Source of the DNA: a virus
Taxonomy: Duplodnaviria; Caudoviricetes
IMG/VR virus record: IMGVR_UViG_3300020366_000001
Coordinates: 32,001 to 96,000 of that record
Reading direction: 5' to 3' (one strand)
DNA length: 64,000 nt
Positions 57,201 through 64,000 of the stretch are shown piece by piece. The notes under the pieces were generated by a model. That model searched no databases. It worked only from the letters and a program-made list of their open reading frames with translations, and was not told the origin of the DNA. The stretch's first letter is position 1, and every line of letters starts with the position of its first letter. The position numbers and the translations under genes are program-made.

Positions 57201-59537
57201 ATACGTACGATCGCCAATTTTCAATAAGCAACCATCGCTGTACTCAGCACCACCATAAGGAACAGTGAAGTGACTGATTCTTCCAGAAATGGCAATAACA
57301 GCAGCTTTTTCGCTGTTATCCATATCAAAAATTTCTTCTCCTTCTACAAACTGTCCAATAACTCCAGACAGAGTTAAGGTATTGGAGTGAGACAATGTGC
57401 AATTTTCGGGGTCATTTTGTCCAACAGACAGACCACCTTCTACAACACCAGTAGCACCAGAGATAGAACCTTGGATATTGGAACCAGTTTCAAACAAATG
57501 ATTACCAGTAAGTTTTAACTTGGTAAACAAGATTGGACTAGTGTATGCAATATCAAACGTTGCATCCTGCATAGTAGAGGAAGCAATAACGTTTTTGGTT
57601 TTATCAAAACCTTGAGGGAGACTTCTGAATCTAAAGTCTCTAGAAATAGCACGACCAATGATCGGAGTCACTGGCATAGTGTAATCAATAATCTCTCCGT
57701 ATTCGCCAGAACCATTAGATACTGCAAAGAGAGTCAAACCATCGGTTGCAGATTCTCCAACTTTTTGGGGACCGTGAGATTGATATGAAGCGTGAATCTT
57801 CTGTAAATTATCAATCGGTCCTCGAAGGATGAATTCGTGAACAACGTGAGTGGGGTTGCCACCACTGTTCTCGTTCATTCCACCAGAACCAGTCTCAGCT
57901 AACCAAGCAAGATTGGGGTTTGTACCGTCCGTTTGATAACTAAGGTTAAATCTCGCAGCGACAACATCAACCTCGACATAAGAAGAACCATTGTAGACAT
58001 ACAAAGTTTTCTTATTGCCGTCTTTCAATTGAGAAAGGACAATATCAGTAGGACTGGTAGCGGTGACATCAATAGAATCACCTCTAGTAGTATCCTTACC
58101 AGGATATACATAAACGGTCATCAGACCGATATTGTTATCGTATGGTACTCCTCTTAACTCGGAGCAAGCAAAGAAACTCTTAGCAGTAACTGGACCACTA
58201 AGTACCCCATTGGTACCTAGATATCCATCAATAAACTTACGATAAAGATTGATCTTTTTGAATGGAGTTGATTCGCCATCTAGAGTTGCACTGATAGGTA
58301 CACTACTCTGTACAGAACGAATACCAAGACGAGTTAAACTAGTAGCATATAAACGAGTATCAAATCTCGTTTGAGTTGATAATGCTTTGTCTAACTCAAT
58401 ATATTTTGACTCTTGATTTTCAACTTCGTAACCACGAATATATGCTTTGCCAGGTCCAATACCCAGCACCATTTTATTACGTGCTTCTAAAATCGAAAGA
58501 CCGTTAACTAGATTATCTGCATCTGCAGTATAGAAACCACTGCCATCTGCATTGTAGTAATCTTTAAGATCTGGAGTAAACTCGTTAACGACATAATCAC
58601 CAGACTCATCATAAGTTCTGCGTGCCAGAATCTCTTCAATCTGACTGGCAGGAGTCTGTTTGATTTGTCTTTGAATTTTGCCCTGTTGGAGATATACCAA
58701 CTGGACGAAATTTTTATTGGAGGGAGTATCAGTAGCAAACTTCTCCAGTGCCAGACTAATTTTCAGTCTGTGAGCACCAGGAGCAGAGAAGTTAGAATAT
58801 CCCTGTGCATTATCTTTCAGTGAAATATCATCTTCAGGAGTGATGATAGTTTCAGTAATAGTCCAACCAACTTTGTAAGAAGGATTTTGACCATACTTGT
58901 CAAGAATCAGTGTTTGTTCATCATTTTGAACAAAGTGACCATTAATAAAGTAAATACCTTTCTGCACATTGACAGCAGAACCCATTCCCAGTGCAGGGGT
59001 GTTAGAAGGTTTAATGCCATCGGTACCACACACCAGAGTAGGATCGTTACTGGTGGTAGGAGTCTCTAATTTGAGTGCTTCACCTTGACGGAACTTGGTG
59101 TCAATATTATCAGCACCAGAACTGACATATTTGACGTAGATTGTGTCAGCGTCAGTGCTAGTTTCGTAAGCGTAATTATCTACAATCGCCTTAACGCCTG
59201 AGGTCTGACCCACAAGGACCAGACCCATCAGTTGCGCAATGTCATACTTAACGAAATTAATTTCGTTATTGACATTCTGAGCAACCTGAGAAATGCTACT
59301 TAACTTTACGTATTCATACTTATCGGTAAACGAAACTTCACCAGGGATCACCATCTGACCCTGTTTGAACATACTGTTACCGACCTGTTCGACTTGATCC
59401 TGCAGCATAGACTGCAGTTGAGTCAGTTCTCTCGCTTGGATAGAATATCCAGGTCTGAACAGAACCCTATAGAAGTTTTTCCCCGCATCAAAGTCGTCGT
59501 AATACGGGGACCTATTCAGATTAGTATTTTGTGGCAT
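51285..59537 (-). CDS. Giant virion structural protein, VrlC/DUF4815-like, 2750 aa
   Basis: MPQNTNLNRSPYYDDFD..FYRVLFRPG.SIQARELTQLQS, APGAHR, ARRTYDESGDY, RFTMRDIG.L..RIE.LE.YT, FKSGFVVDNF, DPLAQTF. Confidence 0.9.
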   Translation of the reverse strand: MPQNTNLNRSPYYDDFDAGKNFYRVLFRPGYSIQARELTQLQSMLQDQVEQVGNSMFKQGQMVIPGEVSFTDKYEYVKLSSISQVAQNVNNEINFVKYDIAQLMGLVLVGQTSGVKAIVDNYAYETSTDADTIYVKYVSSGADNIDTKFRQGEALKLETPTTSNDPTLVCGTDGIKPSNTPALGMGSAVNVQKGIYFINGHFVQNDEQTLILDKYGQNPSYKVGWTITETIITPEDDISLKDNAQGYSNFSAPGAHRLKISLALEKFATDTPSNKNFVQLVYLQQGKIQRQIKQTPASQIEEILARRTYDESGDYVVNEFTPDLKDYYNADGSGFYTADADNLVNGLSILEARNKMVLGIGPGKAYIRGYEVENQESKYIELDKALSTQTRFDTRLYATSLTRLGIRSVQSSVPISATLDGESTPFKKINLYRKFIDGYLGTNGVLSGPVTAKSFFACSELRGVPYDNNIGLMTVYVYPGKDTTRGDSIDVTATSPTDIVLSQLKDGNKKTLYVYNGSSYVEVDVVAARFNLSYQTDGTNPNLAWLAETGSGGMNENSGGNPTHVVHEFILRGPIDNLQKIHASYQSHGPQKVGESATDGLTLFAVSNGSGEYGEIIDYTMPVTPIIGRAISRDFRFRSLPQGFDKTKNVIASSTMQDATFDIAYTSPILFTKLKLTGNHLFETGSNIQGSISGATGVVEGGLSVGQNDPENCTLSHSNTLTLSGVIGQFVEGEEIFDMDNSEKAAVIAISGRISHFTVPYGGAEYSDGCLLKIGDRTYQSNYVVVSKEGTSNIGINEQNAYIHKVQLTELGRRELIELYESPPDCEVVDDGGVHSSNDPDAYVRAVLFTNTIQNFGTEDLRSIGMQHGNLNKTFTADVQYADTQYASYKTLSNGLAYSGKTDADYVEATNYSARPADELKEDDLIQITADGKTYKYEVYKACNPTTSRTGRIYLKQRLIVGFLSNTLSKINALIENAGKSSLILPLPNSKIKSVVKEDDDSGIKYYARRQFIENVTVSGTDNTVTFSANLDFGQQEFAPFNRQDYILEVYSSGATTTRYGSATGEIVKDGDLLYIDESMVQIQNSASTNNAGAISIVLPEDYFVQSGSLNLSDLKLKLSVTIKTSKAKPKLKTAVKNKRISLTGDIDNEIIPLRGDDYDNPTGQVKSFSDVYKLRYIYEGAPGIAPTVDENGNILGDTGTNITDHFLFDDGQRDNLYDTASIVRKPGFATPQGTLVIGFDHFSHSEGDFFTVDSYLHEAGVTFDEIPQFTSLVYGKKSLGDVVDFRPLVGTSASIPGYLNASVMDTNSNVSEVFTAGGVSAALPAEAAASSLPYTFECTYSYYVDRIDIVYLKKDGTFFVKKGAGSNDPQSAQSSDEALKVYKLYIPAYTDNLKKVKVYPVENKRFTMRDIGKLQTRIERLERYTMLSVLEQSALNTQIKDSLTGIEKFKSGFVVDNFENFALSNLQSVDFKAALDLTRGTLRPESKETTIELVEKDPSPTARALSNYVVNHGMVTLPYTEKVFAQNTFATETVAVNPFLVFKYKGEATISPNYDCWYDEDQTPAVNNNDNQTLDTLEVNSEDGDKAMSQIHDISKTAATGNETEFSNTSSLSSDAPNNSESEVTGASTTSSSNIASQNSEVAVGETSTTKNGKTVSTSMTLYAKEQYLNIHIRRMKPDTKLYVFIDGQAAQNYFVPDRSYSGEVGSSLRNFGDDLITDDSGNATGILLFPGGRRPTKGTGYEEVIDDLTFDTEKGLRFTVGDKKITFTSDKNNGKDAESVATKTFKVSAIKKEAPNDIIATEDVDSEDKTDGIQHTENILNPDVAVADPLAQTFRVESFDGGIFLSSLDLYFSEKDAKLPITVKVTDTIAGRPTKNIIPGSTVVVDPITYLRVITSGEHNLKKDEIIEGDTSNAQGPLIGVLDSQNTPVAAVNNEFTLATNQVYTLMLGDHNKETFIAGEPLVITSLTVANNARSGDSIVKMNIVLDSGYVSHIVMNDLGDGYPGSTTVTIESPQLPGGVTATAAPQITDTKVYEILPSLGGSEYTTAPAVLITGTGATQLANATAVVKYTKPAVRMGAATNAKALIPTKFNFQYPVYLENDREYALVIETNSTKYKTFVSKLGETEINSNSTVTTQPLIGSLFKSQNSDLWTANQYEDLKFDLYQAQFTANKTGVINLINTDMGYGKLQSNPIQTNSEGSNSTTSNLYGANQKIVKISHKNHGLNPGSFVALKDVASVGGYAIGALNRQILPVIDVGIDFYTVAMSTNAGGTTIGGGYNGKALGQIKYEKANIKVDSLDFADTSLETQITTTAIKAVDARDNVVDYTPEVPVDIIFNKEYFFPTQRVVASKLNEKMFATRMNNNSSMNIAATLSTTNANLSPIINIKNPKAILTTNRVESAKGDEPRYGKLTQEVELYKTVVLNFTDSNASPVAIGNTIALEATGGIGQVVTGKTSKTKGVISFWDAGASTGKLYVRIIEGDGFLIGEEPVFSGSSTYNDDFNGSGAGTGNAAGLTLPLKVSGTLSLAQFDITSGDNLANNLDTKTGQVTRWNQENYRMLLTSNASSFNVGDVIGAGAVAGGAYQSGFDLTNESYKVPMQIKAVYDSYGVLYTPDRLKNASNIATYVTKEISLDNPGNGISVKIAAALQEIDDIAVMYKIKRASQQIFFSEINWNYFNEYGESDVVVTPTTGTNFSPTTEDSSDFKEYSFTVDNLNEFSSFAIKIVMRSRNPAMPPRIRDIRAIATI

Positions 59538-59555
59538 TTCTTAGGCTCTTGTTAA

Positions 59556-61373
59556 TTAGAACTCAACGACGAGTTTGATGTCCTCAATCTGGTCAGAGGC
59601 ACGAGAGATAGCACGACGGTTCTCAATGTAAATGATATCGCCAGAGTTCTTCTCGATTTCAGGGTTAGCAGCGCCAGAAGCGAAGATAACACCGCCATCA
59701 GTCTGACCACCAGGGGTATTATATGAACTATTTACCGTAGCAGAAGAAAGGGAAGTTGCGCCACTAATTGCATCCGAACCATTGCTGAACGGATAAACAA
59801 CACCGTTATGGGTGTGACGGTCAGGAGACTGGAAGTACTTCAGAATGTTAAACTGAACACCATCCACAGTACCTTTCCAGGAAACCACGGTACCCTTAGC
59901 AGTCACAGATTGACCGTTGAGGGTGTAAGTCTGAGAGATTTCTTCGTCAACGAAGAAGTCACCAGTGGGGTTCTGAACTTTAAGTGCAGGAGTAGCACTC
60001 AGGTTGTCAGCAGTTGCAAAGTTGGTGGAGTTGTAGTTGTAAGGATCGCGGAGAAGACCGATGCGACGGAAGTCGTTATCAGTCGGGAAGTCACCCTCAC
60101 CTTCGTCATAGGTCAAGCGAGTGTTAATCATCACACGCTTACCACCAAGTTCCTCGACAGGATCAGCACCGTGACCACCTTGAGGAGGAATGATCACTTC
60201 CAGAGCGCCGCCAGTAGCGTCGCTGTTTGCGTCAATGTTGGAAGGAGTAGTCAGAGCGGCATCGCTGAAGACAGAACCAAGATTGATGGATGCATAGGTA
60301 TAACCTGTACCAGCAGCTTGGAGACTTGCCTCAACAATTGCGCCAGAATCGACAACTAACTTAGCGATACCGCTAGCACCATCACCTTGGATAGGAGCAT
60401 AGTAAGTACCAGGGTCATAGTTGGTACCACCATCGGTAATAAGAATAGTGTCGATAGCACCGTTGACCGCAGCAGAAGTAACTGCAGTTTCTTCGATGAT
60501 AGGAAGGAAGTCAGTAGACAGGAACTTCAGCACACTATCAGTAGGGATGGTGTACATATACTTCCAAACGTACGGACGCTTACCGTCAGTACGGAAACCA
60601 GGGTTGCCAGGATCTTCGGGTTCGATAAAGATACCAGAGATCGACTGAACCTTGGTGGGTTCGGTAACGGACACAACACCGCTAGGGTCGGAAGGGGTCT
60701 GACCGTTATACAAACACTTAAACACCTCATAGTTGCTGTTCATCACATAGAATGTGGAAGCAAACAGAGAGGTAGCACCCGTTGCACTAGTTTTAGAACT
60801 AGAATAATCGGGTTTGTACATATCGTACACGGTGTTCGTACCGAAGTTATAACGCTTGACCACGAAGGTCACGTCATCCTTCTTAACACGCTTAAGCGAG
60901 ATCATATCATCGTAGATCTCGAATTTCTCTTCTTGAGAATCGAAAGGAGTGGTAGGAACGTTTTCCGAACCAGTTCTCCACACACCTGCTTTGGCGGTAG
61001 CACCACTGGTATTACCAGTAGTAGTTACGCCATAAACAAAGTTGGAGTTCTGACCCGAAGCACCGTTAATATTTGAGAGAAGAACGGAATTTGGGAAGAC
61101 TTTTTGAACCGTGCCATACACGGTAGCACCGCCAGGGTAGGATGTACCCTGATAAACAATCTCTCCCTCTTGGAAAGTGTTATTAACAGCGTACAGTTCT
61201 AAGTACGCACGCCACTCTTGGGGGCGTCCAATAAAGAAGTATAATCGAGTTCTTTGGGTACCAGACTCAGCTGCTGATTCCTCACCAGGAGTCGAAGTGG
61301 TAGGTTCCGAAAGTGCCTCAACGAACTGCTGTGCATTATGAATTCTAAAGAGATCAGTGATAATTGCAGACAT
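59556..61373 (-). CDS. gp8: Baseplate wedge subunit gp8
   Basis: MSAIITDLFRIHNA, FYVMNS.Y.VFKCLYN, WKYMYTIP, PQGGHG.D...ELGG, NDFRRIGL, YIENR..I.R..DQIEDIKLVVEF. Confidence 0.92.
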   Translation of the reverse strand: MSAIITDLFRIHNAQQFVEALSEPTTSTPGEESAAESGTQRTRLYFFIGRPQEWRAYLELYAVNNTFQEGEIVYQGTSYPGGATVYGTVQKVFPNSVLLSNINGASGQNSNFVYGVTTTGNTSGATAKAGVWRTGSENVPTTPFDSQEEKFEIYDDMISLKRVKKDDVTFVVKRYNFGTNTVYDMYKPDYSSSKTSATGATSLFASTFYVMNSNYEVFKCLYNGQTPSDPSGVVSVTEPTKVQSISGIFIEPEDPGNPGFRTDGKRPYVWKYMYTIPTDSVLKFLSTDFLPIIEETAVTSAAVNGAIDTILITDGGTNYDPGTYYAPIQGDGASGIAKLVVDSGAIVEASLQAAGTGYTYASINLGSVFSDAALTTPSNIDANSDATGGALEVIIPPQGGHGADPVEELGGKRVMINTRLTYDEGEGDFPTDNDFRRIGLLRDPYNYNSTNFATADNLSATPALKVQNPTGDFFVDEEISQTYTLNGQSVTAKGTVVSWKGTVDGVQFNILKYFQSPDRHTHNGVVYPFSNGSDAISGATSLSSATVNSSYNTPGGQTDGGVIFASGAANPEIEKNSGDIIYIENRRAISRASDQIEDIKLVVEF

Positions 61374-61406
61374 TGGATTTTAGTAAACTGAGACTGGATC
61401 CGAGGT

Positions 61407-61419
61407 TATTTATATTTAG
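61407..61419 (-). promoter_or_regulatory. Tandem late promoter boxes upstream of gp8
   Basis: TATAAATA at 61407-61414 overlapping CTAAATA at 61413-61419. Confidence 0.75.
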
Positions 61420-61423
61420 TGGG

Positions 61424-64000
61424 TTAGAAAGTATTTGCGCTCATTACGATACTACCTTCAGGATATGCTTCTGTCAGATCTTCCAACCAGAAAGATCTAA
61501 TAGCGAAGTAATCGGAAGTAGCACCAGCGACGTTAACCTGATCGTAGTAGATACGTACAGCTTCGCCATTGGCAATGTCAGTTTGTATAGCAGCAGGAAT
61601 TGTTAATGTAGTAGTAGACCAATCCGCGCCATCAGAAGATGCGCTAGTCCAGAGTGCTCCTGCTTGTACATAACCACTAGTGGGAGTGTGGAGGAATACT
61701 CTCAAATCTTGATTTGGAAGTTCTCCACCGTTCACGTCATTACCTCTTATATATTCGGTGGTAATAGTCGTTCTTCCAGCAAATGCAGCAGTTGTTTCTG
61801 CTTGTGTAAATTGCCAGTAGATATGTCTATTAGCACCTGCAGTACCGCCTTGGAAAATATAATATTGCGTAGGACTTGCGAATAGAGTATTATTTCCAGT
61901 GCCAGCGCCTCCAGCGGTAAGAGAAACGTTCAATGTTTGAGCGGGAGTAAGATCTGAGAATCTAGCTCCTTGCTCGACATTATTAAGAGGATTAACTCTG
62001 GTAATTCCTACAAATCTATCCGTCATCGCTGAGGTGTAAGTCATTAACTCACACTTGTCAGTAGTGGTATTTCCGATAATAAACTGACCACCATTAGCAG
62101 GGAAACCCTTAGTGCTATTTACCAAGACAACATCGCCGCCAAATTGATTATCTAATAATAATGCTCTGGTTTGAGTAGAGAAGTGAATCTCAGAACCCTG
62201 CTGGAAATTAAATCTTGTTCTATCTCCATTATCTACAACTTGAGAGTTGGCAACATCAGGATTTTCAAAATCACCAATGGTTAGAAGCGGGAACAGATCA
62301 CTAAAGAATCCGATATCCATATCACCCATTGTGTAATTGATAGTTCTACCAGAAGCATCTTGGTAAGAACCTGCCAGTCCAGCAGCACTCTGATCTTGTG
62401 GTTGAATCTCAAACTTAAAGTCTTCGAGTTGCTTTAAGCGAGAACCAAGAGAATTAGTGGTATAGGTATCGTATCCGACCATATCAGGATTATTGTCAGC
62501 ACGCTTTTCAACAGAACCTGCGTTCATTGACAACTTAGTTTCAGTCTTCTTATGGGTAGTAATGGCACAAGTCAGACCCTGTACACCACCACTCATTTGA
62601 GACTGGGTAACTCTAGTTCCCTGATGAGCAATCTTAAGATCCTCTGGCGCAAGTTCAATAAGAATTTGCGGTTGAGGTTTCATTTCGATGTCATCAACAT
62701 CCAAGAGGTATTGATGCATCAGAGTAACTTGCTGAGACTTATTGACTAAGAATGCAGCGTGTCCAGCATTACCAAATACAATGATGTTTCCAACAGGCAG
62801 TTGAGAAGCAAAGCGGGACAGATCCCCACCTTTCTTAAAGACTTCGATGAAGGACAGAAGTCCTGCTCTGGAATCGATAGTGACAGGTTCAATACCGAAA
62901 GTCGTCAGATTTGTAATATCGAGAGGATCCTTGCGGATAATAAAGTATCCTCTAGTGAAGAGAATCTGGGGAGGAAGTTTATATCCAGAACCACCAGAAA
63001 CAATTTCTACATCGACAACTTCGCCACGTACCACCACAGCATTAGCACGAGCACCACCACCTGTAGGCGATCCAGTAGGATTGCCATTAGAGTCAACAAT
63101 TGGTGCCGTACGGAAGAGAATCTTGGGTGGTTCTCTATAGTCCTTAGAAATTTGTGGTTCTAAGAGATCATCATAGTCTGATGTAGCAAAATCGTACTCC
63201 TGACTAATATCGTTAGCGCTAGCATTAGCAGGGACAAATGCACCCCCAAGAAGATTTTCACCGTTACTCCAAACGTTGTCTTGTTTCCAGGTCTTGAATC
63301 TATCATAGTAGGCGCTATTATCTCGTTTAGAAACAACAACGGAATTAACACTACCCGCAGGCAAAACCTGTAATCCCGTTGATTCTGTACCCGCTACATT
63401 CTGAATATAGACTTTTTCACCTGATCTAAATGTAGTTAAATCGGGATTTGTGTAGGGGCTGCCATCGAGATGGTTACTGAAGAGTTCAATTGTCTTCCTG
63501 GCAGGGATATAATTCTTGACAGTAGCAGACCAAACAACGCCACTGTTCACATCGTTCTGATCGTTGTATTGGATCAGCACATCATTAGGTAGGTACTCAG
63601 AACCTGCGGCGCGTGCTGATGTTAAAGAATGGTAACGAAGTTCTGCTTCAATACGTGCAACTGCTTGCGCGTCTTGTCCTTCTCTTTGACCAGAATATGA
63701 ACCAACGTTCAGTACAACCTCATATTCATAAGATCTGAAGTACGATGACACCGTATTATCAGAATCATAACCAGAAGTCACCAACGCCTCTTTAGCAGCA
63801 CGAATAATGCTACGAGTATCTGCCTCACCATCAATCTGAATTAGATCTCCAGGTTTCAGGTTAGACTTAATTCTATCCTGTCTATTGAATAGTTTTTCGC
63901 GAAGATCATCATCAACAGTTTCTTCCACGGATAGAATATTGACATCTAATATGGATGCAGAAGAACCTCTATCCCTAGTGAAACTAAGAACACCACCTTC
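61424..64000 (-). CDS. gp7: Baseplate wedge initiator gp7-like giant protein, C-terminal part
   Basis: The frame is open to the window edge; LKPGDLIQIDGE, GGGARANAVV..GEVVDVEIVSGGSGY..PP; directly upstream of gp8. Confidence 0.75.
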   Translation of the reverse strand, partial: EGGVLSFTRDRGSSASILDVNILSVEETVDDDLREKLFNRQDRIKSNLKPGDLIQIDGEADTRSIIRAAKEALVTSGYDSDNTVSSYFRSYEYEVVLNVGSYSGQREGQDAQAVARIEAELRYHSLTSARAAGSEYLPNDVLIQYNDQNDVNSGVVWSATVKNYIPARKTIELFSNHLDGSPYTNPDLTTFRSGEKVYIQNVAGTESTGLQVLPAGSVNSVVVSKRDNSAYYDRFKTWKQDNVWSNGENLLGGAFVPANASANDISQEYDFATSDYDDLLEPQISKDYREPPKILFRTAPIVDSNGNPTGSPTGGGARANAVVVRGEVVDVEIVSGGSGYKLPPQILFTRGYFIIRKDPLDITNLTTFGIEPVTIDSRAGLLSFIEVFKKGGDLSRFASQLPVGNIIVFGNAGHAAFLVNKSQQVTLMHQYLLDVDDIEMKPQPQILIELAPEDLKIAHQGTRVTQSQMSGGVQGLTCAITTHKKTETKLSMNAGSVEKRADNNPDMVGYDTYTTNSLGSRLKQLEDFKFEIQPQDQSAAGLAGSYQDASGRTINYTMGDMDIGFFSDLFPLLTIGDFENPDVANSQVVDNGDRTRFNFQQGSEIHFSTQTRALLLDNQFGGDVVLVNSTKGFPANGGQFIIGNTTTDKCELMTYTSAMTDRFVGITRVNPLNNVEQGARFSDLTPAQTLNVSLTAGGAGTGNNTLFASPTQYYIFQGGTAGANRHIYWQFTQAETTAAFAGRTTITTEYIRGNDVNGGELPNQDLRVFLHTPTSGYVQAGALWTSASSDGADWSTTTLTIPAAIQTDIANGEAVRIYYDQVNVAGATSDYFAIRSFWLEDLTEAYPEGSIVMSANTF

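Noticed and set aside
1-64000. tRNA genes, riboswitches, integrase or IS elements
   Set aside because: Intergenic gaps are mostly under 100 nt, and none showed a cloverleaf or recognisable element by eye. An Infernal or tRNAscan run would be needed to exclude them fully.

Overview
This window is 64 kb of a T4-like marine cyanomyophage genome (Kyanoviridae-type, probably infecting Synechococcus), coded almost entirely on the minus strand. In transcription order (right to left) it contains the baseplate and tail-fibre block (gp7 C-terminal part, gp8, a VrlC/DUF4815-like giant protein, several fibre-like proteins and a 1792-aa structural protein), then gp13-gp16. A roughly 9.7 kb accessory island splits gp16 from gp17. 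It holds PTOX, gnd, zwf, plastocyanin, a thermonuclease, many small membrane proteins, an NdhP-like microprotein missed by the ORF track, and the only plus-strand operon, which encodes three exported proteins. The rest is gp17-gp23, gp3, uvsY/uvsW, gp55, gp47/46, a CobS/CobT-like MoxR-VWA pair, gp45, gp44, a 2OG-Fe(II) oxygenase plus Dam, and the start of gp62. About 20 T4-type late promoters (TATAAATA/CTAAATA) are visible. The best leads are the plus-strand envelope operon, whose third protein looks like a single TolC/OEP repeat and lacks a canonical start, together with its flanking membrane genes; the NdhP homologue overlapping zwf; a perfect sigma70 promoter firing antisense into uvsW; and a late promoter inside the loop of an RBS-sequestering hairpin before gp13. 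No tRNA, CRISPR array, intron or intein was seen. All family calls come from motif recognition, not database searches.
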